From NCBI RefSeq assembly GCF_009914755.1, contig NC_060930.1: a stretch of 64,000 nucleotides of DNA, one strand, 5' to 3'. The notes below the pieces were generated by a model. It searched no databases and had not been told where the DNA came from. It was given only the letters and a program-made list of their open reading frames with translations. This document shows, in pieces, positions 1 through 15,200 of the stretch. How positions within the stretch are numbered: the stretch's first letter is position 1; each line of letters begins with the position of its first letter. Position numbers and translations under genes: made by a program. This DNA comes from the human T2T-CHM13v2.0 reference genome, Homo sapiens.

Positions 1-152
1 GGAAGGGATTATTTACTTTCAACCCTGTGTTTGCTCTCAGTACTTTGCTATTTACTTGTGCCTAGGTAAGTGGCCATATGCATTGCAACACGTAATTTTA
101 ACTAAATTAACTTTCAAATCATTAAAAAAAAAAAAAAACTGTAAAAAAGTCA

Positions 153-580
<428 letters not shown>

Positions 581-659
581 TCATGTTAAAAAGGGAAGAA
601 AAGATAAAAAACACTGAAGATTTTACTTGCCAAACGTCAGCCAATAAAAAAACCCTCTA

Positions 660-884
<225 letters not shown>

Positions 885-1378
885 TTAAAATAAGGACTTA
901 TACTCACAATAGTTAATAATGAACCTTGCAATAAGTATCTACTGTGACCTGAGATATAAACTAGTGACGGTATGAAATCATCAATTAGCAAGACATCAAA
1001 AGAGAAGCATACAGAACTTGAAAGCAATCACCTACAATGTTTCTATGCTTAAAGTCATGTGATATCCAATCAAGGGTTTACAAAACTTTACTAAGCTTAA
1101 TGATAAAAATAATATAAATGGCTTTTTGAATTGTTAATAAAAATAACATTTCTAAAATATTTTTATCTTCATTCATTATATTAAGACAATATGCAAAATA
1201 AATAAATAAATAAATAAAATTAAATTTAAAAAAATATATGCTAAAAAAAAAGTCCTAAAATGTTGGATCAAAACAGTTTCTAGGTTTCTTCTCTATGGAG
1301 GATGTAGTAGCAGAAATCTTTTTTCAGGAATCTGAGTCTTTAAATTTTTCCTAATGACTTTTCTAAGAACTCGGTGCT

Positions 1379-1683
1379 GGCTGGGAGCAGTGGCTCACGC
1401 CTGTAATCCCAGCACTTTGGGAGGCTGAGGCGGACGGATCACTTGAGGTCAGGAGTCTGAGACCAGCCTGGCCAAAATAGTGAAACCCTGTCTCTACTAA
1501 AAATACAAAAATTAGCTGGGCATGGTGGTGTGCGCCTGTAGTCCTAGCTACTAGGGGAGGCCAAGGCATGAGAATCTCTTGAACCTGGGAGGCGCAGGTC
1601 GCAGTGAGCTGAGATCACACCACTGCACTCCAGCCTGGGCAACAGAGCGAGACTCCATCTCAAAAACAAACAAACAAAAAAAC
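1379..1683 (+). mobile_element. Alu SINE, full length (AluS-type)
   Basis: Both arms, linker and (CAAA)n tail. Confidence 0.97.
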
Positions 1684-1787
1684 AACTCAACACTACATTT
1701 GCTATTCATGCCTTTAGATCTATATATAAATCCCTTGCCTTTCTTGATAACCCATCCATTTGGCTTAGCAGTTAACAGTATATCTAG

Positions 1788-2020
1788 AATCAAGCAGACC
1801 TGTGTGTAATCTGCTCTACCATTTGCTAGCTGGATGACTTTGGAAAGTTATAATCTTTCTGAACTTCAGTTTCCTCATTTGCAAAATAGAAATAACAATA
1901 CCCATCTATAGACCAAAACAAAGCATGTAAAGCACTTGGCACAGTGCTCAGGTATGTGATAGGAGCCCACTAAATGTCAGCTATGATTGCTATTGCTATT
2001 ATTATTATTATTATTATTGT
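1788..2020 (+). mobile_element. MIR SINE relic
   Basis: MIR core ttcagtttcctcatttgcaaaat, followed by gtaaagcacttggcacagtgc and an (ATT)n tail. Confidence 0.8.
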
Positions 2021-2156
2021 CATTCACCTTCAGGTAGTCAGCTTTCCAGCTCCATTGAAGCCCTCACTGTCCCCTTACCTGCTTTCGATCACTCATCCTG
2101 AACACCTTTCTCTCAGCTATACATGGTCAAATACTATTTGTGCTTTCCTGTCCATC

Positions 2157-2712
<556 letters not shown>

Positions 2713-3340
2713 CCTGTCCATTTTAAATACTACCTGCTCTATTATGTCTTCTCTAATACTGCCAAGCCAGAAGCAACTTTCTCCTCCACATGCAAATAAC
2801 ACTTTATTTGCTTACTTTCTGTGGAGCTTATTGTTTTCTCTTTTGTATGTAACATATGCAACATACATATGAATCACTGGCCTATAGGCTGTACTCCTTT
2901 CTAGAGAGTTTCCTGAGGATGTGGATCATTTTCTATTCATATGTGTCCTTTCCAAAGTGTTCAGCATAGAGCCTTGCCCTTTGTGACAATCAATAAATAT
3001 GAGTTGAATGAATTAATATTTCTGTCCACTCAGTGCAAAACGTTTGCTCAAAGGCAAAGGACAGGCAATGAGGAGGGTCATAGGGTAATCAATATCTCAA
3101 TCTTCGTGTCCCCAATCCCTGTCACATGTTACAGTAAATAAAGTGATATGACGTTTACCTAGACATGAAACTTCCTTTCCTTTTCCCTCCCTGCCATTAA
3201 CTTGGCAATCTTGAGGAAGTCATTACCCATTCTAAGCAGCAGCAACCTCATGGATGAAAATAGGAAGTTGGGTCAAATATCTAAGGACTCTTGTGTTTGT
3301 AAAATCCAGTATCTCATATGTCAGACAATTTCTTACTCCC

Positions 3341-3765
3341 TGATATGGTTTGGATGTTTGTCCCCTCCAAATCTCAAGTTGAAATGTGACCTCCAATGTG
3401 GGAGGTAGGGCCTAGTGGGAGGTATTGAATCATGGGGGCGGATTGCTTATGAATGGCTTAGTGCTATACCCTTGGTGATGAGTGAGTTCTCGCTCTGAGT
3501 TCACATGAGAATTGATTATTTAAAAGAGTGTGGCACCTCCCCTCTCTCTCTCTTGCTCCCACTCCCATCACATGACACACCTGCTCCTTTTTACCTTCCA
3601 CCATGATTGAAAGCCTCCTGAAGCCTCACTAGAAGTCAAGCAGATGCCAGCACAATGCTTCCAGTACAGTTTGCAGAACCATGAGCCAATTAAACCTCTT
3701 TTATTTATAAACTACTCAGTTTCAGGTATTCCTTTATAGTGACGCAAAATGGACTCGCACACACG
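3341..3765 (+). mobile_element. MaLR solo LTR (MST-like)
   Basis: Starts tgatatggtttggatgtttgtcccctccaaatctc. Ends ccatgagccaattaaacctcttt...ggtattcctttatag, typical of MST/THE1 LTRs. Confidence 0.85.
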
Positions 3766-4049
3766 CACAGAGACAAAAGTTTGTAGGAGGGAGCTGAAGC
3801 ATCAAAGCCACTGAGAGAACAAGTGGGATCCAAGCATCAAGGTTGAGTCCAGGAAACAATAGAAGGATGTACATGAGGAGCAAAGGGTTGGTTAAATGTG
3901 AGGTCAGACCTAGGGAAAAACCCATCAGGCCAAGAACAAGATCCACAGTGGAGGCTGGAACATGACAAACAGCAACAACAACAAAACATAGTCCACATCA
4001 GCTAGCTCAACCAAGAAAATTTAATATGGGGCTCTTGCAGCAAAGGTAT

Positions 4050-4188
4050 CAAAAAAAGATAAGTGTGTGAGGTAATGCATATGTTAATTAGCTTGATTTA
4101 GCCATTCCACAATGCATACAAATACTAAAACATTATGTTGTATGCCATAAATACATATGATTTTTATTGTCAATTTTAATTTTTTAAA
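4050..4188 (+). mobile_element. L1M 3' end fragment
   Basis: gaggtaatgcatatgttaattagcttgatttagccattccacaatg matches the extreme 3' UTR of old L1 elements. Confidence 0.8.
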
Positions 4189-4522
4189 CACACACAAAAC
4201 CCAAATGAGATTGTAAGGCAGCCCATAGATTGACAATGTCAAAAAGTCACAACCCCTTCTAGGACTGAGGAAATAAAGGAAGGAGGTGATGTTACCCATG
4301 CCCACATCCGGGCTGGTCCAGCAGGAGGGATTGTTCCATAACAGCTAGAACAGATGAGACTCAGCTACCCACAAATACACTCTCCCAAGCAGGAAACAAG
4401 AGGGATAAATACCTTGGCTTCTCCCATTCTCCTACCTTCCTATGACTCTCTTGGCCAAACCCAGCTGTAAAACCCCTGGCAAGATCGTTTGGGAATAGGG
4501 TCTATAGGGGTTAGCATCATGA

Positions 4523-4948
<426 letters not shown>

Positions 4949-5787
4949 TGAAGTTCCCGCCCCCAGCTGTTGCCATCACTCCTTGCTGTAAAGTATGGAT
5001 GCCTTGGGGGTAACTAAGAAGAGATGTGCTGACAAATGGCCTGGCCTGATAAAATGGGGTTTAGATGTAAAGACTCTGTTATATATACTTAGTTGTGTAA
5101 ATTCAAGAATTCTCCCCAAGATGCTTTTTAATGTGTTAAACTTACTTGTAACTCATGCTTTTCCGGCTTAGTGCATCCCAGACTAGAATATTAGCCTTGT
5201 TTTTCCAAAAGGACATTGATCTTATTGGCTTACCATGTAAACTATTAATTTAGCTTTAACAGTAAACCCATATTCCAAAAGAAACATAAAGTCCAACAGT
5301 GTGTTTTCCTGCTGAGTGCTGAAAAACAAGCTTCCTTTTTTCTTTTCCTTTTCTTATATTTCACAATGATATTCATTGACTTACAGCTGTCATTTGTGAA
5401 ACATACAGTAAAACGACACCACATGCATATTTAACTTACACAAATTTAAGTACGTCTATTACAGAGAGAAAAATAGAGAGAGAGAAGCACACAGGGTCAG
5501 TGTAAGGAGAGAGAGGAGAGGGAAGAAATTTTCCAGTTACGTGGCGATTCTACCAACCATTTCACTTAGTGAGCAAATGTACCGGAGTGAGCAGGAGATG
5601 TGAGATGTGAATCTATTCTGCCCTGAATCAATTTTTGTTCCTGCTTATCTCTCAGAGCCTCTTGCTGAGATACTAATGTTTAAGGATATGGCACTGGAAA
5701 ATTACATACTCCTTACATAGTCTTAACTATGGTATGTTTTTGTGTATAACAATAGAGTAAACTATGCAAGCTGCACAAAATGGGCAG

Positions 5788-5894
5788 CTTTTTAAGAGTG
5801 AATTTTTAAAAATATAATAGATTCTTAAAAATAGATTCACTTAAAAAGTGAATTCACTTTTTAAGAGTGAATTTTTAAAAATATAATAGATTCT
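5788..5894. repeat. 38-bp direct duplication with a 26-bp perfect palindrome at the junction
   Basis: ctttttaagagtgaatttttaaaaatataatagattct occurs at 5788-5825 and 5857-5894. The palindrome cttaaaaagtgaattcactttttaag is at 5840-5865. Confidence 0.95.
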
Positions 5895-6060
5895 CACCTT
5901 CCATGCTGACTTTAGAAACTAAACCTCCCATAAAGTGTCATTCCAGTGCATGTACACTAGGATTGAAAATTCAACTAAGAGGCTGGCAATGGAGCAGGAC
6001 AGGGAAAAAAGAGCTTCACAGTCTTCCAAGACAAAAGTATTAGCCTTAGTATTAAAGAGC

Positions 6061-6097
6061 GAGAGAGAAAGAGAGAGCAAGAGAGAGAGAGAGAGAG
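6061..6097. repeat. (GA)n microsatellite, imperfect
   Basis: gagagagaaagagagagcaagagagagagagagagag. Confidence 0.9.
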
Positions 6098-6332
6098 TAC
6101 ACTGCTGAAAATTAGTATAGGTGCAGAATTTATCCTCATAGGCTATCCCCAGAATGGTACTGCTTCGAGATTTGTCATATGACTCAACCAGTTACTTCCT
6201 TTTCCTGTGCCTCAGTCGTCTCTCTTGTAAAATGGGAGCATAATATCTGCCTCTTATTTATCATCCCAAAAGAATATATAGTGATTCGATATAATTAGTA
6301 GGCGATCCATTCTCTAATGTTGAAATGATTAA

Positions 6333-6636
<304 letters not shown>

Positions 6637-9591
6637 CCGAATTTTTGATTGAAATAACCCATCCTGGGTCTATTCACGCCAAAGACGGCCAAACTTGGAG
6701 GTGTTGGAACAATTACAATAGTATGACTGTCACTTTGAACAACAATGACAAAATCATCATGATACTCTTAATCTAATATCTTAGGAGAGAAAATTTCCCA
6801 AGCTTAATCCAAATCTAAAAGGCTTCGTTTGATCTGCATCAGCTTTCTAATCTGACTTGTGTCATAATCCAAATACATAAACAAACAACCTAACTGGGAA
6901 AATCTCATGTGAGCTCCCACAGTCTGAAAAGCTGCCATCACTAATAAGCATTACTGCACTCACTCTCCCTAAACTCTCCACCCCCTGCTGCGTTCCACAG
7001 TGCAGCTCTCTCTAACATGCCAGGTCAATGCTGAGAAGGAACTTAAACCACAAAGGACCAAAAAGCAAATATTTTTGCCCAGAGCTAATGTAGCAAATTA
7101 CATGCAAGACCTAAACTCCAAGAACCTTTTAAATGGCATGAGCCTACACAAACACGCGGTATCCGGTTTGCCAAGGGTTGAAAACTAAATTAAATTTCAG
7201 TCAAGTTCTACTGGCGATTTATAGAACAGTTAAAAGACCAGGGATCTGGTCTTGGCAGGGCCGCTGATGTACATGGTCTTCCAGGTAAGTAATTTCTCTC
7301 GTTGGGCTTCTGTTTGCTTGTCTATGATGCCAACATTCTGCTCTGAGTACAGAGGAATCATGAGAGTGCAGCAGGGTGCTCAGAGCTCCATGCAAGATAG
7401 GTGTCTATGCACCACCAGAATTTCATCCAGAATGTCTTCTTTCAAGTGCTCAGTTACCCTAACTGGTCTGCCCTGTATGACTGTGCAGTCCATAAACTGC
7501 AAAAGGGCACAAGTAGGATCTGAAGCCAAGTCCTCTTTCGGCCTTGAGCAGAGCCACATCTGACTGGAGGGAGCTGCCTCTTCTTCACATGTGGGTGCTA
7601 TCTGCCCTCCTTGCCCAGAAGGTTCATCAGCTCTGAAGAGGCAACGTTTTCGAATTCCCTTCTAGATACCAAATGATGACCTGAGCCTTAGCCAGGAACG
7701 AAGCAACTGTCAGAATTGATGCCATTTGCAAAATGCCAGATGAGAGAAATGTTTGCAAACAGAGCTGCTTTGGAGAGAATCATAGCCGGGATGAACATTT
7801 GTGGTCAGAAGCAGGAAGCAGGCAGACATATTGGATTGAGAGCTGCCTTTGCACCCCAGCTACATTACCTCACATTTGACTGGCGTCTCCATTCCCTGCC
7901 TCTTTCCTTGTGGCTGCATCCCCAAGAAGCAGTGAAGAAGAAACTGAGGAAGCTTATTTAGAGAAAATAAGTGCAGTAGGGAAACTGGCCATGGCAGTGT
8001 TGCATAAAGAAGCCTTGGACTTAATCAACTGCATCTGCCTTTGTTTTCCTCCCACACTCAGTCGGACACCAGATAGCAGTGGTGCTTATTTTTTGAGAAC
8101 TTGAAGGAAAATGCGTGTTTTTTTTTTAAGTCAACGTGTGCCATCAGTTCTACATCATTTTCATTTCTGACCTTCCTTATGCTTAGATTTTCAAGCAGTA
8201 TTTCAACCAGGCATTTTTATCCTTGTCTATCAGTAGGGAGATGAGACACTGTCAACGATCGATCACAACATTTTCACAGATCCTGTGGCTTCAAATGTCA
8301 CCCTGAAAAACCATGCTAGCAGACTATCCCCCAGTGCCTGGGAAGACCTGCAGGAAGCTGGCCACCAAGAGAAGGCTTGGTGGCCGAATCCAAATTCAAG
8401 TGCAGAAGGCTGGCAACACAAAGCCCTCAATGCAGACAGTACATGCTGGCCAGACAGAAACAGGCAACCCAACCAACATTCATGGCTACTGACCAACTAC
8501 TTTTTTGAAATTTCCATGGATTCTGAATGTTTCTGAGTTGGGGAGGGTAAAGAGGATGTGGAAGAGACAAAGGGAGTATATTCCTCACTCCCTGACATAA
8601 ACCATTACCAGAAAATTAGTGTTTGGAATTATACCTCTGACAATGAGTCATTTTTGTTACCTTTACTCTTTTCTGTACTTTTCCTAATATTCTACAAGCA
8701 ATGAGTGGGTTCTAATAAACAGGAAGAAGGGAAAAGTATGTCTTGTTATCCAAACTTAGTTGATTCCTAAGTTCTGATGGTGAGTGTTTGGGTAATGGGT
8801 TTGGAGAGGAAAAAATCTATTTGGCTCCTGAGTTTCAGAAAACAAAAATTGAAATTTCAGAAAGTGCTGAGTTTATCTGAATCCACTTGCCTCCTGAGTT
8901 CTGAGGGAAAGACTTTGGATGGCAAGAGGTCAAATAGCAAGAGATGCCTATATAGAACTTTTAATAAATAACCCTTTTCCTCCCCTTCCTACATAGAAGC
9001 ACCAAAATTATACCTCAGTAAACAGTTTTGCAACATCCGTGTCTGGCAAAATGTATACCAAAGAACTTTTACATGCCAAAACTTAACATTCATTTTTGGT
9101 TGCTTTTTAAAGTCAGGAAGTCTCCAGGGTTCCTCATAGAAGCAAAGAAATGGGGGACAACCCAGATAAGGCGGGTTTCTTTATCAAATTCACACAATGG
9201 AAAGGCTTAAGTTAAGATTATTTTTTAAGTAAACCTGTGTTCTTTCACAGACTCTGCCAGTGAAGTAAGGCCAAAAGATTCAAGCAAATATGAAGCACGA
9301 CTTCTCGGCCTCAGCCCACAAAGTCTTTTCTTGTGTTTTAGACAAATTGAATTAGAGAAAACAAAGTCCTGGCCAGACCTCTATGCCCTATGCCAAGGAA
9401 CTGGAACTTGTCGAGCAACTAGGAACTTGAACTTCACCCTACATACAATACTAAAGAAGAAATATCATGGCTGTCAAATGAACAAAGTGTTGCTAATACA
9501 CCTCAAGAAAAGATGTAACCAGAGAAGGAAAATGTTGTCTATAAAAAGTGAAAGGTGAGATCAGGCCTTTTGGAGATTTTTTTTTCCTTTT

Positions 9592-10372
9592 TTTAATATC
9601 TTCCAAATATATCTGAACTTGTTTCCTACTTGGACTCATTTAATTTTCCCTGATGTACTTCACAGATGTGAGTTGTGCTTGGGAACACGACTCAGAGACT
9701 GCGTGGCTCTGACACAGGCATCAGGCGTGTGCAGCTCCCCCGCAGTTTCCCACAGCTTCACCGTCATCCACTCTCATGTCCCTTCAGAGTGCTGCCCACT
9801 TCCCGCCCAGCAAAGGACTGCATTACTCAGCACACAGCGACCCCTGACTCAGTCGATGTGGGAGGAGATCGTCATCAAGGCTGATGTGAGTCTAAGAAAC
9901 ATCCTGACTGGCCTAAGAAGACCATCGGGACTTGCCAAGTGGCCCCAGCTCATGGGGTTCATTCCTTCTTCTCTTATTGTGTTTAAAAGTGGTATAATTA
10001 GCAACTTGTTGAAAATGCTGGCTTACTTCCCGTTACCAGGGCTCAGCACGCCATACTCCCAATCATTGGTCCAAGCAGACATGTTTACTAAGTGAGTGGG
10101 GGATGAGAAAGAGAAAGGACAGATGTGAGGGAAATAGACAGAGCTGAATAGCACCTCACAATGAAACACACGAACTCCTGGGAAATTCTCATTTTAACAC
10201 AACTGTAGTTCCCATGCGTTGGAACCTAATGTTTACCTTCATAACGGCTCCATCAGAAAGGCACTGTCATCATATGAGAAAACCAAGGGTGAAAGATTAG
10301 GTAATTTGCCCAAGGTCTCTTTAATATCTTCCAAATATATCTGCACTTGTTTCCTACTTGGACTCATTTAAT
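9592..10372. repeat. 53-bp dispersed direct repeat (9592-9644 and 10320-10372)
   Basis: tttaatatcttccaaatatatctg(a/c)acttgtttcctacttggactcatttaat. One mismatch, offset 728 bp. Confidence 0.95.
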
Positions 10373-12065
10373 GAGTTAGGAAATGAGGGAGCTGAGTTTC
10401 CAAACGAAGCCTAATCCCTGCTCTTTTGACCTCTATAAAATCTATCAGAATATTAACAAAGGGTGTTTAATAAAATGAGTTTGGATAGAGAACAAAGAAA
10501 ACCCAGAGGTATTTGGAAAATGGTTTGTTCCAAGATCTTCTAAGTTAGCTATCTCATCATTGTCATGTTATTCTTGCTACTGCTGACAACCTAGCTTCCT
10601 GTATATAAAGAAGTATCAAAGAAAATACTTAATATTCTGCTTTCTTCACAAATACTCTCCTTCCAACTTCCCTTATTTCTTTTCCTCAGCTCATTTCTGT
10701 GTTGGCCAATCAAGGTCTTCCCAGGACTTCATCAGCATGAGACCAGCTCCACCTCCACACCTAACACAGCAGGTCTCCTCCAATTTCCCAAGAATCCTCT
10801 CTGAAGTCTGGCAGACCTTGTATTCAGCTGTATAAATGCTGCCTTCATCAGCAACCAAGACTTCATCTTCCCAGGCCCTCTTTGAGCCAGCCCCACCTAC
10901 ACCCAATCCTGGCTGCTTGAATTACAAACACACCTAGAGAAGGGCTTGTGACCCCTAGACCTGGCCCACCAGTGGCTTCTGCCATCCAAATACAGCTTGG
11001 CCCTGACAGGTACTTAGTAACCTGGTATTTGTCCTTCATCCACTCCCTGACTCCTTCCCCAGAACAACAGTTAAAGACCTTCTCACCTTGTCTTCAGCCC
11101 CATTCCTGGTTGAATAATACCCTTCTCCTCCTTCACCGAATAGCCAGAGCCCTTCTAGAGTCAACTTTGCTCTGAGGCCCCCTTTATCTGCATGCATCCC
11201 TTTCTCCTGCCTCTCCCCCTTCCTTTCCCTTGTCTTAAGACCTATTCCCCCTCAACAATCCTCTACAAATCCTGCCCTGGGTGTTTCCTTCCTCTGCTGA
11301 GGTCCTGAAGCACTTCTTATTGGCAACCTTCATTTGGCTTTGAAGGTACATTGCCAAATATCCCTTATCTTTTTTTTTTCCCTTTTCTTCTCTTCATATT
11401 TTAAATTGCACAAACAACAGTCTGGCTCATCTCTTTCTATGCACATATCCTGTCTACCCAACCCAATTGGGTGTCCTCCAATGCTTTGTCCTTCCCATCT
11501 GCTCATCTCCCTCCTAATGATTCCCTTGGAGAGAGCTCATCCACTTGCAGAGCACCATGGATACTACACAGATTCTTGCCACCAAACCTTGTTCAAGCCC
11601 CCCTGGCCTTACCGGCCTTTCTCCTTCTCCCAATTAATCGAAATCTGCACTCTTTCCTCAAGGCCACCTCACATTCCAATCAAGCCTTCTCCAACAAACA
11701 CAGATCCACAACTACCTGTTTCTCCTCTGACTTTCTATAGATATTTTAATGCTTATATATAGTCTTGTTTTATTGGACCTCCTTTTGGACCGTAAATACA
11801 GTGAGAGTTTCCTGAGGACAACGACCAAGGCCTCAGCGTTGTGTTTCCCTAACATGGTGCTAGGTATTCTGAGGGTGCTTATTCATTACGTGCTATCTAT
11901 AACACATGCAAAAAATAAAGCATAATTCAGACTTTTAGTTTCAAATATGGCACAGTAAACTAAAGCCCTAGTAGCTCTAAACTGAGCAAAGTCTGCAGCT
12001 AAAACTGAGCAAAAAATCTAAACCCTTGGAGTGAAGGATTTTGTGTATTTAAGAATCTCCTTTCA

Positions 12066-12357
12066 GCCGGGCATGGTGGCTCACACCTGTAATCCCAGCA
12101 CTTTACGTGGCTGAGGCGGGCGGATCATGAGGTCAGGAGTTCGAGACCAGCCTGGCCAACATAGTGAAACCCTGTCTCTACTAAAAATACAAAAAATTAG
12201 CCAGGCATGGTGGCACATGCCTGTAGCCCCAGCTACTCGGGAGGCTGAGGCAGGAGAATCACTTGAACCTGGGAGGCAGAGGTTGCATGAGCCGAGATCG
12301 CGTCACTGCACTCCAGCCTGGGCAACAGAGCAAGACTCCATCTCAAAAAAAAAAAAA
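12066..12357 (+). mobile_element. Alu SINE (AluS-type) with TSD
   Basis: Full Alu. TSD agaatctcctttca at 12052-12065 and 12363-12376. Confidence 0.97.
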
Positions 12358-14002
12358 GAGAGAGAATCTCCTTTCACAGGGCACCAAGTTCAGTGACAGT
12401 GCAGAAAGCACCCAACTTCACAGGGTTGTCTTATCTGAGAGCAGAAACGCAACACCTTGAAAGAGCCTGTCTGGATCAAGAATTCAGCCCTCATTTTCCT
12501 AAGTGGAAAGTCTCATGTGGCCAAGCAAAGGTGACCCGATGAAAGCCAGCGTGTTCAGCCTCCTTTCAAATCGGCAGCCATAATTGCTACTCGCATTTAA
12601 CATGGCACCAATCACAACCGTGTTCTGGGGCCAAGAACACTGGCCAGCTTACCACCTTCTGAAACTCGGGTGGCTGAGATCCAAGGCCAACAAGACTGAA
12701 GAGATGAGTCGCAGCAGTGGAACCCAACAGCTGCCACTGTAATTCAGGGAGCGTCCCCATAATCTGGCAGGGCAGAGTGGAACCTGTCATCCCCAGGAAT
12801 TAGGGACAATTCAACCTGCAACCCTCAGAAGTTAGGTCTCCAGTAACTGCTACTGTTAAGAAAGTCCTCTCTTGCCTCTTCCTGGTTTGCAAATGTTGCT
12901 AGCCCTCTTGGATTAGCAAGCTAGGCCCCGTCTCGGAAGCGAGGTGTGGCACTTCACCCAGCAGACACACCCTCACAGACAGTCCCCATGTAGATGACAA
13001 GAAAAAGCTGACAACCAACGGTCCCAGGCTCTTCCATTATGATTGAAGCTCATGGGAGCTCGGCATCACTTAAAATGTTCTGTAAAGTTCTCAGGATGGT
13101 ATTTAATAAGGCAGCAATTCAGTGTCAGTTCAAAAGCCATTTGGGGTGGAAATGGAGGGTAAAGTTGAGATGTCATAAACTCAGTAGCTTCCAAATTTTA
13201 TTACAGGCTTTTTCAGGTCTAACAATAGCAATTTGGAGAAGGGAGAGAAAAGACATTACTCAGTCTTCAAAAGTACACCGCAAACTCATGCGAACTGTGA
13301 GCTGACACTGCCATCTGCTCTCCCTGACATGTGGTGTGGGAAGCATGATTACCATTTTCCTCTAAGGCCAGCGTCCTCTTTAGGATTCTCCCTCTAGCAC
13401 CGGGCCTAGGACAGTCTTAATCCTGACAGTCCAGAACTTCAATTTTACTATTCACTCAACAAATACTTTTCAAGCATTTATATGCGCCAGACACTGTTAT
13501 AAAGTCTGGGATGTAGCAATCACTAAAGTAGGAAAAGTTCTGCCTTGTTGGGGTGTTTATTTTCTAGTTAGGGGGACACAGGAATTAACAAATAATCAAG
13601 TATGAATAAACAGACTATCAGATGGTGATAGGTGCTATGGAAAAAGCAAGGCAGATTAAGAAGGACAGAAATCATCCAGGCAGGGGTGGGGGGAGTGGGG
13701 GATGTGGATTATGTGGTGCGGTCAGGGAAGGTCTCACTGAAGAGGTAACATCTCAGGAAGACCCAAGCAGGGGAAAGAGAGGCCATGTAGAATTGCAGGG
13801 CAGGGTTTTTCAGGCAAAGGGATCAGAAAGGGCCAAGACTGTGAGGCAGGAGAGGGATTGGTGTGTTTACAGAACAGCAAGGGGCCAAAAGGAGCGAGGA
13901 ATGACGGTGACAGTGGAAGGAGCTAAGACAGGAGAGGTGGCCGGAAGCCAGATCGCTTGCAACCTTGCAAACCATTTTAAGGACTTCACCTTTAACTCAG
14001 CA

Positions 14003-14590
14003 CATCAGTCAGGGCCTAACCAGGAGACAGAAGCCACACCAGTTATTTTAACACGGCTAATTTAATATAAAGAATAATTTTCTAGGAATAAAGTCTTAAC
14101 CAGGTAACTGAAAGAGTAAAAAGACAACTCTAAGGTGTCTTTCGTATAACAACTTCAGGAAGCTCCACCCCTGGGGCTGGCAGAAGAAAAAGGGGGCTGT
14201 CGGATAATTAAAATTTAGAAGCTTAGAAAACAGTCCCATGGGGCTAGAACCCAAACCTCAAAGATGGGGCAATGGCAGTCAGTGCTGTGGCCCTAAAAAG
14301 GCACAATGAGTCTGGTTCTTGAGTGTAGGAAAAATTGCAACGTAGATTGAACAGCTGCTACAGGAAGAAACTGCTGCTGCCAAGATGAAGCAGCAGTACT
14401 GGGGTGCTGCACACAGGAGCCACAGGCAGACAGGATACCCATGGGAAAGAGTAGGAGCCTCTCTAGCAACCCCTACTGGCTGAGTGCAACAAGGAGCCCA
14501 ACAAAGGAGAAATGCAGTGTTCAGGGGCCCAGCATAGAATCAAGTATTGAAGGAAGGCTTTGGAGCTGAAAGATGATAACTTACTAACTG
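14003..14590 (-). mobile_element. Old ERVL/MaLR-class LTR fragment nested in L2
   Basis: catcagtcagggcctaaccaggagacagaagccacacc...tttaatataaag resembles an antisense LTR 3' end. Subfamily uncertain. Confidence 0.5.
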
Positions 14591-14915
14591 GAACTCTCTG
14601 AATGAGATAAGATTTTGAGCAAGGAAGTGACAAAAGCTGACTCACTCTGACATCTGTGTTGAAAACAGACAGTAGAGGAGCAGCAACAGTGGAGGAGGGA
14701 AGGAGTGGATGGATTCTGAATACAGGCATCCCACTGGATTTGCTGATGGTGTCCATGTGAGCTGTGAAAGAGAGGAGTCAAGGGTGACTCCTTCATCGAG
14801 GCCTGAGTAACTGAATGGAGACAAATTTACTGAGGGAGCAGGGAGAGCAAGGGGGCAAGAACAAGCTTGTTAGGTCAGCTTAGGTGTGAGGTGCCTGTTA
14901 GAAATTCAACTGAGG

Positions 14916-15200
<285 letters not shown>

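Noticed and set aside
7380-7515. Minus-strand acceptor cttgtgcccttttgcAG followed by a short frame (FMDCTVIQGRPVRV...)
   Set aside because: The frame stops after ~38 codons, with no recognisable protein and no nearby donor or poly(A) signal that I could identify.
8643-8651. Isolated AP-1 sites (also 16330, 46806 and others)
   Set aside because: Several are expected by chance per 64 kb, so they are uninformative alone.
9619-10095. 158-aa ORF
   Set aside because: TTG start and no recognisable motif.
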